This document shows, in pieces, positions 1-10,192 of a stretch of 64,000 nucleotides of DNA. The translations under genes and the position numbers were made by a program. This DNA is from an uncultured cyanobacterium (GTDB lineage: Bacteria; Cyanobacteriota; Cyanobacteriia; Cyanobacteriales; CAWCAG01). Where the stretch lies: NCBI GenBank assembly GCA_963793425.1, contig CAWCAG010000009.1, positions 96,001 through 160,000 of the forward strand, given 5' to 3'. How positions within the stretch are numbered: the first letter of the stretch is position 1; every line of letters starts with the position of its first letter. A model generated the notes under the pieces. It saw only the letters and a program-made list of their open reading frames with translations. It ran no database searches and was not told the DNA's origin.

Positions 1-218
1 GTTAAAGACAATACCACATTAGCTTGGTAAGCCCCAGCTTCTTTGAGAGTTTGCAAGTTACTACCTTCGCCGACAATTACTGTGGCTTTTAGTTGTCGAG
101 AGAGGGAGGTTGCTTCTGTGGAGTCGTGATTAATGATGGTCAAGTGATAACCTTTGCTAGCAAAGCGCTTTGCCAAAAAGTAAGCCAGTTTTCCACCACC
201 AATCAAAATAATTCTCAT
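1..218 (-). CDS. trkA: TrkA-family K+ uptake NAD-binding protein (5' part; continues past the window edge)
   Basis: Not in the ORF track. Minus strand from 218 reads MRIILIGGGKLAYFLAKRFASKGYHLTII..., a Rossmann GxGxxA start; its ATG overlaps the TGA of the upstream gene (ATGA). Confidence 0.8.
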   Translation of the reverse strand, partial: MRIILIGGGKLAYFLAKRFASKGYHLTIINHDSTEATSLSRQLKATVIVGEGSNLQTLKEAGAYQANVVLSL

Positions 219-628
219 TTTGTTGTTAGTTCTTGCAAAAAGGCCTCTGCTGATAGCTTGGTAGGGCTAATAGTGGCGATACCAAAATCTTGATAAATAT
301 TTTCTCTGGCGGGGTCAAAAACTCGCGCTAAGACTGTAGAAACGTTAAATACGCTCTTGGCTACTTGGGCTACCATTAAATTAATATTATCCTGGTCTGT
401 GACTGCTAGCAAACAATCTGCTTGGGCTACTTTAGCACGTTGCAAGACTTCTACTTCAGAAGCATCACCAACAATTTGGAAGCCACTAAATTCGCTGGTA
501 AGACCATTAAAAGAGCCTTCTTCCGGGTCGATAACGACTACGCTGTTACCCTTGGCACTTAAGCGAGAAGCTAACAAAGCCCCTAAGCGACCGCAACCGA
601 CTACTACTATATATTGAAATTCTGCCAT
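215..628 (-). CDS. TrkA-N (RCK) domain protein
   Basis: VVVGCGRLG Rossmann motif, GDAS, TDQDNINL, LARVFDP. Confidence 0.85.
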   Translation of the reverse strand: MAEFQYIVVVGCGRLGALLASRLSAKGNSVVVIDPEEGSFNGLTSEFSGFQIVGDASEVEVLQRAKVAQADCLLAVTDQDNINLMVAQVAKSVFNVSTVLARVFDPARENIYQDFGIATISPTKLSAEAFLQELTTK

Positions 629-661
629 CTTTTCAGTTGATTTTGCTTGGTAATTAGGAGG

Positions 662-1321
662 TTACAGTGTTGGTAGATTTTTAGAAGATCCTGTAGCACG
701 AGAAAGATTATCCTTGGCAGGTCGGTAGCTAACATCAAGTTCACTAGCGATGCGATAATTCTTAATTCCCTCCAAGCGATCGCCTGTGGTTTCTTGCAGC
801 ATACCTAGTAAGTTAAAGGCTTCTGGGCGAGAAGGATCTAAACCGATGGCTTTTTTCGCATGGGTAATAGCCCTAGTGAATTCCCGTTTCCTAGCCGCAT
901 TCTCAGCAGCTTTGAAGCAAGATTCATACTCAGAAGTTTGCTTCGTTTCTGAGGTACTCTCTTCCAACATTCTATAAACTAAATCCCGCAATTCCTTCGG
1001 TGTAAAAGGTTTTTGGAGAAAATCTACAGCTCCAATTTTCATGGCTTCTACGGCATTATCTACCGTACCATGGGCAGAAATTAGAGCAATTTTAATTTCG
1101 GGATAAAGTTCCGTTGCTTTTCCTAAAAGTTCCATACCATTCATCCCTGGCATTTGTAAATCTGTGAGGATGAGGTCAAACTTTTCTGCTTGTAATTGAT
1201 ACAAAGCATCTTTCCCATCAAAGGCAGTATGAACTTTATACCCCAAAGGATCTAGGGCTTTAGCAACAGTCATACGAATGTTCTTCTCATCATCAACTAC
1301 TAAAATTTTCGCTTCAGACAT
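662..1321 (-). CDS. Response regulator (receiver domain plus C-terminal TPR)
   Basis: ILVVDDE, DLQMPGMNG, FLQKPF; C-terminal TPR-like AIGLDPSRPEAFNLLG. Confidence 0.9.
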   Translation of the reverse strand: MSEAKILVVDDEKNIRMTVAKALDPLGYKVHTAFDGKDALYQLQAEKFDLILTDLQMPGMNGMELLGKATELYPEIKIALISAHGTVDNAVEAMKIGAVDFLQKPFTPKELRDLVYRMLEESTSETKQTSEYESCFKAAENAARKREFTRAITHAKKAIGLDPSRPEAFNLLGMLQETTGDRLEGIKNYRIASELDVSYRPAKDNLSRATGSSKNLPTL

Positions 1322-1350
1322 AATTTAAAACCTCCTTTATTTACTATTTA

Positions 1351-3186
1351 TTATTTATTACTTTGTTGCCCATTTCTAGCTAAATTGAAAGTAAAAGTAC
1401 TTCCTTCTCCGGGAGTAGAATCAACCCAAATTCTGCCACCATGGGCTTGAACTATTTCTTGACAAATTGCTAACCCTAAACCGCTTCCTCCGACATCTTT
1501 TTCAGTTTCTACTTGCACAAATTTATCAAAAATTTTACTTTGATATTCTAAAGGAATACCTGCACCGTCGTCACTAACACAAAAGTTTACCCAGTTGCCT
1601 TTCAAGTTTCCGGCAATCCTAATCTCTCCTCCTGGAGCTGTGTAGCGTATGGCATTGGCAATTAGGTTAGTTAGTACCCAAACTATTTTATCAGCATCTG
1701 CTTTAACTTGTGGCAGTTGAGAAGAATCTTTTTCTACTAAGGAAATTTGCTTTTCTTGTGCTTGTACCCTTAAGTACGAAATCGCTTTTTCGATGATAGT
1801 CTGTGGCTTTACAGCAGCTAGAGCCATCTCCATACGCCCTGATTCCATCTTGGAGAGATCAAGAAGTTCATTGACCAAATTTCGCAAACGTTCCACATCT
1901 TCCCCTGCCGCTTCTAAAAGTTCCATTTCTGAGGCTGAAAGTTTTTCTGCGGCTGTTTCTAAAAGGAGATTAATACTCATGGCCATGCCTGTTAAAGGAG
2001 TACGTAACTCATGGGAAGCGGTGGCCACAAATTCACTTTTAAGCTGGTCTAATTCCTTGAGTTTGGTAACATTTTGCAACAGAAGAATCACCCCTAATTG
2101 CTTACCTTCAGTTTCTGTTGTTACAGGGGTAATGTAATATTGGTAATACTCAGTTTTACCGTTACGTTCTAAGGGTAATATTGCTTCTTCTTCCTCTGCC
2201 AAAGGGGGAGATTTTCCTGTTTGAGCAGTTTTTTCTATTCTTTGGTAAAACTTTTGGTTATTAAAAACAGTCAGGAAATGATTGCCTGTAGCTAATTGAG
2301 GTTTAGTATTAATAATATTAGCAGCAGTGGGATTTATCGCCATAATCTTAAACTCAGCATCCACCACGACAATGCCATCACTAATACTATAAATAATTGC
2401 TTCATTGCGTTGCTTTTCCGCAATTACTTTGCCAACATTTAACTCATGAAAAGCTTTTAAACTTTGACTCATTGTAGTAATTCCTCTTCCCAAACTACCT
2501 AATTCATCTTGGGAACGAGGAACAATCTCTACTTCATAATCTCCTTCGGCAATACGATCAGTAGCAAGGGTCATTTCTTTTAAAGGTTTGACCAAACGAT
2601 TAGAAAGCAGCAAACTAAAAGTTAAACCCAAACCTGCTGCTGCACCACCAGCGGCTATCATAGACCAAGTAGCTTGCTCAGAAATTTCTTGCGCCCTTTC
2701 TGAAGCAACAACCATAGTTTGTTGATTCAAATCTCGCAATTTAATGCAAGTTTGACGCACTTCTTGAAAAACAGGTAGTATTTCCTCGTAATAATTAGCA
2801 GAGTCAGTTAGTTGTTGGTTTAACTCAGCAACATTAAGATAGTTTTGATAGTGCTTTTCTAAGGCTTCGAGAAGTTCTTTTTCCCCAGCAATAGTTATAT
2901 TATCTTCAGCACGGCTATACCATTGCAAAAATTCAAATTCGTTAGCTAAGAATTGTTGTTGACCCTGAGATTGATTTTCTAATAAAAACAATAAAACAGC
3001 ACTATCTTGGCGCTCAATCGCATCAATCATATTTTCCGCAGCCAGAATGCTACGGTAGTTTTCTTCTAAGATGGCTTCGCTTGCTTTACCTAAACGCCGT
3101 AGGTTAACAACCCCCCAACCACAGACTAAGATAACAAGGGTCAAAACAACGCTATAGCCAATGAGTATTTTACTTCTTAGTTTCAT
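1351..3186 (-). CDS. Membrane sensor histidine kinase (periplasmic helical sensor, HAMP, PAS, HisKA, HATPase)
   Basis: Two TM segments, H-box SHELRTPL, N-box NLIANAIRY, G1 DDGAGI, G2 GSGLGL. Confidence 0.92.
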   Translation of the reverse strand: MKLRSKILIGYSVVLTLVILVCGWGVVNLRRLGKASEAILEENYRSILAAENMIDAIERQDSAVLLFLLENQSQGQQQFLANEFEFLQWYSRAEDNITIAGEKELLEALEKHYQNYLNVAELNQQLTDSANYYEEILPVFQEVRQTCIKLRDLNQQTMVVASERAQEISEQATWSMIAAGGAAAGLGLTFSLLLSNRLVKPLKEMTLATDRIAEGDYEVEIVPRSQDELGSLGRGITTMSQSLKAFHELNVGKVIAEKQRNEAIIYSISDGIVVVDAEFKIMAINPTAANIINTKPQLATGNHFLTVFNNQKFYQRIEKTAQTGKSPPLAEEEEAILPLERNGKTEYYQYYITPVTTETEGKQLGVILLLQNVTKLKELDQLKSEFVATASHELRTPLTGMAMSINLLLETAAEKLSASEMELLEAAGEDVERLRNLVNELLDLSKMESGRMEMALAAVKPQTIIEKAISYLRVQAQEKQISLVEKDSSQLPQVKADADKIVWVLTNLIANAIRYTAPGGEIRIAGNLKGNWVNFCVSDDGAGIPLEYQSKIFDKFVQVETEKDVGGSGLGLAICQEIVQAHGGRIWVDSTPGEGSTFTFNLARNGQQSNK

Positions 3187-3262
3187 CTAAAATCTGGGTA
3201 CAACCTTATTAATTATAATCCCCTAACGCAGTCCCAAAAATCAGCAATATTACTTACGCTTT

Positions 3263-3742
3263 ATGAAAGAAATAGTCGAAAATGTAAAACAAATTATGGC
3301 AGAAAAAAAGCTAACATGGGCTAAGGCAACATGGGCTTATCCTATAGCACTAAAACTGCAAGAATATGACTATAATTTAGCAATTCAATGGGCAATAGAA
3401 TGTCTACAAATATATTCATCCGAGATTAAATCAGATCAACTCTCTAGGCTTGATAAATATGTTCAGCAAGCAATGGATTCACAAAATGCTTTAACTTCTT
3501 CTCAGTGTCGTGAAATCAGTAGAGAAATATGGTATCTACCTGGAAGAGAAGAGATTCAAACTGCTGTATCTCAACTTTGGGGTGCTATTTCAGAGTTCAA
3601 ATGTGGAGAAGAGCAACGTGGAGCCATGTACAGCTCTGCATCTGTTGAATTGGCATTACCTAATGAATCTGATTATGATTTGTTAGAGCAATACTTAGAA
3701 GCTGCCGTAAGAATTTGTGATGAATACCAATCACAAAATTAA
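3263..3742 (+). CDS. Hypothetical all-alpha protein
   Basis: 159-aa ATG ORF filling an intergenic space; no recognised motif. Confidence 0.65.
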   Translation: MKEIVENVKQIMAEKKLTWAKATWAYPIALKLQEYDYNLAIQWAIECLQIYSSEIKSDQLSRLDKYVQQAMDSQNALTSSQCREISREIWYLPGREEIQTAVSQLWGAISEFKCGEEQRGAMYSSASVELALPNESDYDLLEQYLEAAVRICDEYQSQN

Positions 3743-3971
3743 GAGTGCGATCGCCTAAATTAGATTATTTTTTAGAGATCGCTAATAAACATGAGCTTTA
3801 GTTGTACCACTGTAGAGTTGCTTAATATATAAGTCTTGATCATGCTACATATTAATAGAGTCAACTACTTCTTGTGCCTTGTCCTTGAGCAATTGCTATG
3901 TAAACCAAATAATAAGTAATCAAGTTCATTATTTGAATAGGAGCGAAAGGAGTTGAAACCCATGAATCATC

Positions 3972-4009
3972 CTGCGATTACCTTATCTTTCTGCGATTAC
4001 CTTATCTTT
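3972..4009. repeat. Perfect tandem duplication, 2 x 19 bp (CTGCGATTACCTTATCTTT)
   Basis: Copies at 3972-3990 and 3991-4009. Confidence 0.9.
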
Positions 4010-4041
4010 ATTTCTACTTCCCTTAAAAAAGAATACAGTCT

Positions 4042-4072
4042 GCGTAGGCGTAAGCCCGCCTTTAGGCATCGC
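4042..4072. mobile_element. SDR5-like small dispersed repeat inserted in a HIP1 site
   Basis: GCG + TAGGCGTAAGCCCGCCTTTAGGC (23 nt) + ATCGC; removing the insert restores GCGATCGC. Confidence 0.7.
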
Positions 4073-4361
4073 TCCAAAAACTTTCTTAAAAAATTTCCTA
4101 ACAAAGAAGCGCTCAAAGCTCCTTACTTTCGTGGTAAAATAAAATTTATCATAATGGGAATATTAGTACTCAATCTTAAACGCAAATATCCCCATTATGA
4201 CATATACTTTAAAAAAATAATATCATAAAACCGGGGCAAATAAACCTAAAAATTTTCAATTTATCACCGAATTACCATCGATCAAGATTTAGGCTCTCAA
4301 AACTTGAGTAGGTGTAAAAGCAAGAGAATCATCAGATAGTTTTTCGACAAAGCTTTGATAC

Positions 4362-5009
4362 TCACCGAGAATTTAATCCTTGGTGCAAACTTGCTAACAA
4401 TTTGGGTAAATCTCCTTTAATTAAAGCTTCTTGGTCTAACCACAAACCAGAAAAATACTCACTACAAACAATGCCTTCTTCATTGGGTTTAAGTTTAATA
4501 TATTTACCTTCTCTTAACCGAAACCAATCCAATTCTCCGTCATAAACTCGCCAAACTAAATATTCTTGAACTTGATTACGTCGGTAAACTTTTAATTTAT
4601 CGTGTAAGTCAATAGAAGCAGTGCTAGCAGCGATTTCTACAATTAATTCTGGCGCACCTTCTACATAGCCTTCTTCACTAATAGTTGATTGTCCATCTTC
4701 AGTAATTCTTAGCAAAGCATCGGGTTGAGGTTCGTTTTCTGCATCAAGTCGTACCGTACAATTATCTCCTACTTCAACCTTTGGTGTCGCTGAACAATAT
4801 GTAAATAACCAACCCATAATATGAGCATGAGGTTTTCCATGTTGAGTGAATCGTAACGGGGATGCCATATAAACTATTCCTTCAATTAATTCCGCTTTTT
4901 TGACGTGAGGCATTTGTTCATAGCGCTGTTCAAATTCAAGGCGAGTAAGTTGGTCACCACTTTCTAATGGGGGAATGGTTTTTATTGATGTTAAAGTGTT
5001 TTGGGACAT
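4362..5009 (-). CDS. Uma2-family (DUF820) PD-(D/E)XK endonuclease
   Basis: KAELIEGIVYMASP, EPQPDALL, PELIVEIA, DKLKVY, VQEYLVW. Confidence 0.9.
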   Translation of the reverse strand: MSQNTLTSIKTIPPLESGDQLTRLEFEQRYEQMPHVKKAELIEGIVYMASPLRFTQHGKPHAHIMGWLFTYCSATPKVEVGDNCTVRLDAENEPQPDALLRITEDGQSTISEEGYVEGAPELIVEIAASTASIDLHDKLKVYRRNQVQEYLVWRVYDGELDWFRLREGKYIKLKPNEEGIVCSEYFSGLWLDQEALIKGDLPKLLASLHQGLNSR

Positions 5010-5104
5010 AACAAGGAATAAGAGGAGAATTAAAGCGATCGCCTCTCTATTTTAGGTGATAATAAATCTGGTTATTAAAGACCCACCTGCAAAATCCAAA
5101 GTAC

Positions 5105-5139
5105 AAAAATTCCCCCAGATTAAAGCTAATCTGAGGGAA
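5105..5139 (-). terminator. Probable intrinsic terminator of the 1037-aa gene
   Basis: Stem TTCCCCCAGATTA/TAATCTGAGGGAA (one non-WC pair) followed by a T run on the minus strand. Confidence 0.6.
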
Positions 5140-5163
5140 CTGTCTTAGCTTAATAAATTACAA

Positions 5164-8100
5164 CTAATCAAGAACAGCTAAAGCACCTGCACTTGCAGAG
5201 GCGATCGCAGAAACCAAAGCAGTGAAGAAGAGCCACCAAGAGGCTGCTGCGGCTGCTTTGCGGGTTTCATCTGCTTGTCTTTGGGCCTGTAATTTTGCCT
5301 CTTCTATACGAGCAGCCGTCTGTTTTTGCAAACGCTCTGCCCTTTGTAAAACACGGTTACGAGTGCTTTCGATTTGATCGATGGTACGATTGACATCTAC
5401 TTCTGAGATGTCATCACGGGAACTCAACAGGGCAACTAAGGTCTTGCGGTCAAATTGCGAGAGGCGATCTCGCAAGGCATCAAAACCAGCTTCAGGGTCA
5501 TCAAATAAGGTAGTTACATCCCTTTTAATACCTTCGTAGTTAAGTTCAGGACGCTCTAAACTATTAAGGTAGGCGCGAATCCGCTCAAAGATGCTATCAA
5601 CAATGGATTGCAGCTTAGACTGAACCATCTTGAATTGATCAAGGAATTGATCTCGCACCTCAACAATGTTATCGACAATGCGATTAACATCTGCTTCGGA
5701 AATATCCTCCCTTTGAGATAACAACGCAACTATGGTAGAACGATCAAAAGCAGCTAACCGTTGCTGCAAACTTTGCGCTCCTAAACGAGGGTCATTCAAC
5801 AGTAATTGCAAGTCATATTTAATCCCTTCCGGACTAAGTTCCGCTTTGTCAGTAGAACGTAAATATTCTGCAACAGTACCTTGAAAGTCCTGAACTTTAG
5901 CTTGGGCGCGGTTAGCAAGGCGACGTGGTGCTTTAACCATGCTACGCAAAGTTCCCTGTACCTCGTCAATGACTTGGTTAATTTGTGCTTCATCCAGGTC
6001 ATCCCGCTGATTTAATAACTGTACCAAAGTATCACGATCCATAGTAGCTATTCGCCTTTGAATAGCTTTGCCTCCTGCTTGAGGATCGTCAAACAGTTTA
6101 GCTACATCTCGTTTAATACCTTCAGGGTTAAGTTCTGCTTTCCCTGTATTGCGTAGATAATCAGTAATAGCTGAGGTTGCCTTATCGTATTGTTCCTGAG
6201 CTTTGCCAGCTAGTTTTTTGGGACTACGACGAATACGAGTCCAATTTCTTTCTACTTGCTCGATAGTTTGGTGAACTTGCTCTTCGCTAAGGTCGTTGCG
6301 TTGGGTGAGTAACTGTGCTAAGGTATTGCGGTCAAAGCGAGAGGCACGCTGGCGCAGAGCGCTCATCCCTGCTTGCGGATCATTAAGGAGCAGTTTTAGT
6401 TCCTGTTCAATTGCCTGGGGATTTAATTCATTTTTACCCGTGTCCCGCAAATAGGATTGTACCTTACGCCACTGTTCATCAGCTTTAGCTTTTGCTGCCC
6501 CCAAGGTTTCCTGGGATTCCTGAAGAACTCGACCTTTAGCTTCTTCTAAGTGAATGATTATTTGCGCCCTTTCATAGGGTTCTAAGTCAGAACGTTGTTC
6601 TAAGATACGTTCAAAAGTAGGAAGATCAAATTGAGTAAGGCGGCTGTTAAGCTGCTCGTGGTCTGCATCTGAATCTTCTAAGATTGGCTTGAAGTTAAGC
6701 TGGATTTTTTCTGGGGTCAGTTCTTCTTTCGGAGCAGAAAGTAAGTACTGTTCCACTTCTGCTAATAAAACAATTTGCGCTTCTCGCTCCTGGGCTGCCT
6801 GGGCTGTTGCTAAAGCTTCCAAGCGAATGGATTCTAGCAAGTTGGCGATGCTCTTAACTTTGTCTTGGGTATAAAGCCCTTTTTCTTGAAGTAAATCGAC
6901 AAAATCACTTCGGCTAAATTGTTCCAATTCTTCAGCAACAGCTTCTGGATCAGCATCTGGATCGTAAATTACATCCCGAAATTCTCGCTCTACAGCTCCT
7001 GGCTTAAGCTGCCAAGAATAAGCATTAAGTATATAATTCTCAATTTCTGCTTTGACTAAGCTATCTTTTTCTTCACCGCTACTAGATGTAATTGCGCCTT
7101 TTTCCGTCAACTGGTTTTTCGCCCTACGCAATTGACCAGCAATTTTTTCAGCATCAAGGTCAGAAAGATCAGTACGTCCCATCACCATACCCACCAAGCT
7201 ATTCATGCCTGTGGTAAGAGCTTGGGAAATTGGACCTGTAGAGTCATCGCTTTCTTGGGATGTGCGACTCTGGCGCAACTCATCAACTAAATCCCCTAGC
7301 TTATTAGTAAAATCGTCTCCCACTAAGCTAGTAGGAGCAGCAGACTTAACATAATCAACTAATTCACCAAGAGGATCTCTACGTTGAGGTAATTTATCAA
7401 CGGTTTTTCGCCAAACTGATTCTAAGGTAGCTGCAAGCTTCTCTGTCTCTCGCTTAGATAAGTCACTGCGATCGCTAACTAAATCTATAAAGGTTTGTCT
7501 ATCTACGTCCCGAAGGCTATCAGCGTCAGTAATCTCTTGTAATTTAGGGTCATTAAGCAAAGATTCCATTTCTGCCCCAACCTGTTGTAAGTCTAATTGG
7601 GCAGGACGTATGGTTCCTAAATAATCTTCTAGCTTTTCTCGCACCATGTCAGGGTCAACGGCTGAAGCGAGTTCCCGACGTACTGCTGAGGCTGCTGCTT
7701 CGGCTGTAGCTACTACTTTATTGCTTGCAGCGTTCCCGCCTATAGCTGCAGCAGCAGTTCCTACTAAAGCTTGGAAGCCCGATGTAGCAGTGTTAACCAC
7801 AGAACCAACTAGGGAACCGACAGTAGTAGAACTTACCCAGACCAAAAGGCAAAAGTAAGTTGCCCAAATTACTAAACCAAGAATTGCCCCGGTTAAAGGT
7901 ACTTCTAAAAAGCTTAGTTTGACAGCTAGCAGACAAGCAAAAAATAAGGAGATAGTGACGCTAATTAAAGTTGCTAATCCTAAAGCAAAACCAATTTTGC
8001 GGATAGTGCTTCCTAAACTATCTGAGCTACCAGAATCCGAATCCGAATCTGAAGAGCCTCCTGCTAAGGAAATTCCTGTAGCAACGCCAAGGTTGGTTAA

Positions 8101-8277
8101 AAGTAGCTGGAAGGCGAAGGCTAGGACTAAACCAGCGATGAGAGCCATGAAAAACTCAGGGCCACTGAAAATCAAGGAGGCTTCTTCTGCTGTTTCTGGG
8201 TCTGGTTCCACGATTACCTGGCCCAGCCAGAAGACTAAGCTACCAATTTTAGGTAGCAACATTTCACTCTGAAACAT
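5164..8277 (-). CDS. Large membrane-anchored alpha-helical repeat protein (cyanobacterial hypothetical)
   Basis: N-terminal hydrophobic helices, one C-terminal TM, and internal ~98-aa repeats of the form YLxxxxxxELnPegI...DP...DRxTL..LL..R.D. Confidence 0.8.
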   Translation of the reverse strand: MFQSEMLLPKIGSLVFWLGQVIVEPDPETAEEASLIFSGPEFFMALIAGLVLAFAFQLLLTNLGVATGISLAGGSSDSDSDSGSSDSLGSTIRKIGFALGLATLISVTISLFFACLLAVKLSFLEVPLTGAILGLVIWATYFCLLVWVSSTTVGSLVGSVVNTATSGFQALVGTAAAAIGGNAASNKVVATAEAAASAVRRELASAVDPDMVREKLEDYLGTIRPAQLDLQQVGAEMESLLNDPKLQEITDADSLRDVDRQTFIDLVSDRSDLSKRETEKLAATLESVWRKTVDKLPQRRDPLGELVDYVKSAAPTSLVGDDFTNKLGDLVDELRQSRTSQESDDSTGPISQALTTGMNSLVGMVMGRTDLSDLDAEKIAGQLRRAKNQLTEKGAITSSSGEEKDSLVKAEIENYILNAYSWQLKPGAVEREFRDVIYDPDADPEAVAEELEQFSRSDFVDLLQEKGLYTQDKVKSIANLLESIRLEALATAQAAQEREAQIVLLAEVEQYLLSAPKEELTPEKIQLNFKPILEDSDADHEQLNSRLTQFDLPTFERILEQRSDLEPYERAQIIIHLEEAKGRVLQESQETLGAAKAKADEQWRKVQSYLRDTGKNELNPQAIEQELKLLLNDPQAGMSALRQRASRFDRNTLAQLLTQRNDLSEEQVHQTIEQVERNWTRIRRSPKKLAGKAQEQYDKATSAITDYLRNTGKAELNPEGIKRDVAKLFDDPQAGGKAIQRRIATMDRDTLVQLLNQRDDLDEAQINQVIDEVQGTLRSMVKAPRRLANRAQAKVQDFQGTVAEYLRSTDKAELSPEGIKYDLQLLLNDPRLGAQSLQQRLAAFDRSTIVALLSQREDISEADVNRIVDNIVEVRDQFLDQFKMVQSKLQSIVDSIFERIRAYLNSLERPELNYEGIKRDVTTLFDDPEAGFDALRDRLSQFDRKTLVALLSSRDDISEVDVNRTIDQIESTRNRVLQRAERLQKQTAARIEEAKLQAQRQADETRKAAAAASWWLFFTALVSAIASASAGALAVLD

Positions 8278-8898
8278 AAGATATTTCTCAGCTAGATTGT
8301 AGGTTTATTATTTTTAACTGATACAACGCAGCCGTAAATAATTTAGTTGAATTAATAACAGTTATTTGCTGCAAGATTGATGTTACTCCTATTAGGAAAT
8401 AAAATCATCTCTCCCAAGTGATAAAGCCTTGTTGCCAGGTCTATTGCGTAGGTTACAAAATTGTTTTTAGATGAGCTATTGGTATTCAATTTATAGTAGT
8501 GAGATTACTCTGGAAAGGGTTTGATGGTTGATTGGGCAACTCGTAAGAATATGCAGCTTTTTAGGTACATCAGCTTGGAACCAAGTATTTTTAACGAGCT
8601 AATCCCCTATTTATATTCTGCTTGGTTAGTAAATAAGTATGTATTCTTATTTCTTCGGTTAGAAGTTAAATTCATTTTTCTATAACTTAAGGAATACACC
8701 TTAAGTAAGTCTAGCTTACAAATGGAGTATTATTTAGAGATTTTTTAGTGATATATTAAGACCCTAATATTTGCTCATCAAGACTGATTTTGTTTTGTTA
8801 ACTTTTTAGTTGGCTATTTAACAAATACAATTATGATTTGAATTAGGCTAAATATATATTGTTAATAGCTACTAGTATTAAATTATTCTGTAAGTTTA

Positions 8899-9303
8899 GT
8901 GTCATTTATGCCTGAGCAAGAACTGCCTACTCGCGGACAGTTAGAGAGAAGTTTATCCCAGAACATCCAAGGTCTTTATCGTCAACAACTAGGGCATCAA
9001 CCTAGCAGAGTTACCTGCAATCTTATTGGAGAACAACTGACAGTTATTATAGAGGATGCAATTACTCAGCCAGAACTGTTCCTCATGGAAAAGGGAAAAG
9101 AAGAATTAACAGAGGAAGTGCGCTTAAATTTAGAAGACTTTCTTAAAGGTAGTCTCAAGACACTAGTTAAAGATATTATTGGCGTAGAGGTTATAGATTT
9201 GCTCAGTGACACAACTTTGGAAACAGGAAGAAGTGCAGTAATTGCAGTTTTAGCCAGTAAACCAAAGTTACGCAGAAAGTCTTCCGATAGTGAGATAAGC
9301 TGA
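8899..9303 (+). CDS. DUF2294 / MpsC-family protein (alternative ATG start at 8908)
   Basis: TRGQLERSLSQ...LGHQPSRVTC...ITQPE...LLSDTTLETGR. Confidence 0.8.
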   Translation: MSFMPEQELPTRGQLERSLSQNIQGLYRQQLGHQPSRVTCNLIGEQLTVIIEDAITQPELFLMEKGKEELTEEVRLNLEDFLKGSLKTLVKDIIGVEVIDLLSDTTLETGRSAVIAVLASKPKLRRKSSDSEIS

Positions 9304-9401
9304 CTCTGCATTTAAACTAAACCGCTAAACCACTTATTACTAAACTAGGAAACAAGCCCCCAAACCCTCTGCTGTATCAATCTCACTATTGTAAATCTTA
9401 T

Positions 9402-9974
9402 TTATCTTTTAATAGATGATTCTTCACTATCAACGTCGTAGATGCCCCACTCTTCAATGCCCCTATTGTTGAGGAGAATCATTTCTGCACGTCTAACTTC
9501 ATCATTACTACCTTCGATGATGATCAAATAATCACCACTAGCTAGGCGATCGCTATATACTTTCGCGCGATTGCCTGGAATGCCTAAACCGGCCAAAGCA
9601 CCAACTATCCCCCCAGAAATAGCCCCAATGCCGCCGCCAGCTAAGGTAGAAGCAAGTGTAGAGCCGATAGTTCCTGCTGCGGCAATTGCCCCCAAACCAG
9701 GAACAGCAACAGTGGCTACCCCTGCCAACAAGCCTCCTAACATTCCCAAAGCTGTACCTGTGACAGAACCAATAGCTGCTCCTTCACCAGCTTCGTTGCC
9801 AGGGGCTTTGTTTAAATCTTTCCCTTCAATGGAATCTTCTTTATCAGCATTCTTAGCGATTACAGAAACTTTATCCATAGGAAAGCCAGAACTTTTTAGT
9901 TCGTTTATGGCATACTCAATATCTTGTCTTCTTGAAAATACGCCGACGGCACGTTGATAATATCCTAAAGCCAT
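9402..9974 (-). CDS. General stress protein (YflT-like N-terminus plus glycine zipper)
   Basis: RAVGVF...GFPMDKVSVIAK, Gly/Ala-rich core, LAGLGIP...AKVYSDRL. Confidence 0.75.
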   Translation of the reverse strand: MALGYYQRAVGVFSRRQDIEYAINELKSSGFPMDKVSVIAKNADKEDSIEGKDLNKAPGNEAGEGAAIGSVTGTALGMLGGLLAGVATVAVPGLGAIAAAGTIGSTLASTLAGGGIGAISGGIVGALAGLGIPGNRAKVYSDRLASGDYLIIIEGSNDEVRRAEMILLNNRGIEEWGIYDVDSEESSIKR

Positions 9975-10192
9975 AATTTAGTTTTAAATACTTGTTTGCA
10001 TCAATTCAATTGTATAAAAACTTCATTTAGATTCTCCTCATTCAGTAGAAGTAAGTTCTACTACTACTTTTTTAGGAAAAATGTCTACAAACCAAATTAA
10101 TAGCTATACACTTTGATAGATTTTTCTTGTTGCAAATAGGAATATCAAGCTGAAAAATATTATCAAAACTGAAACTGAAAAAGTTTATTTAA

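Noticed and set aside
3953..4228. 91-aa ORF in the track
   Set aside because: TTG start, low-complexity K/F/I composition, and it runs through a tandem duplication and the HIP1-inserted repeat; probably not coding.
5164..8277. Calling the 1037-aa protein an MFS transporter
   Set aside because: Only a few hydrophobic segments, and mostly soluble helical repeats.
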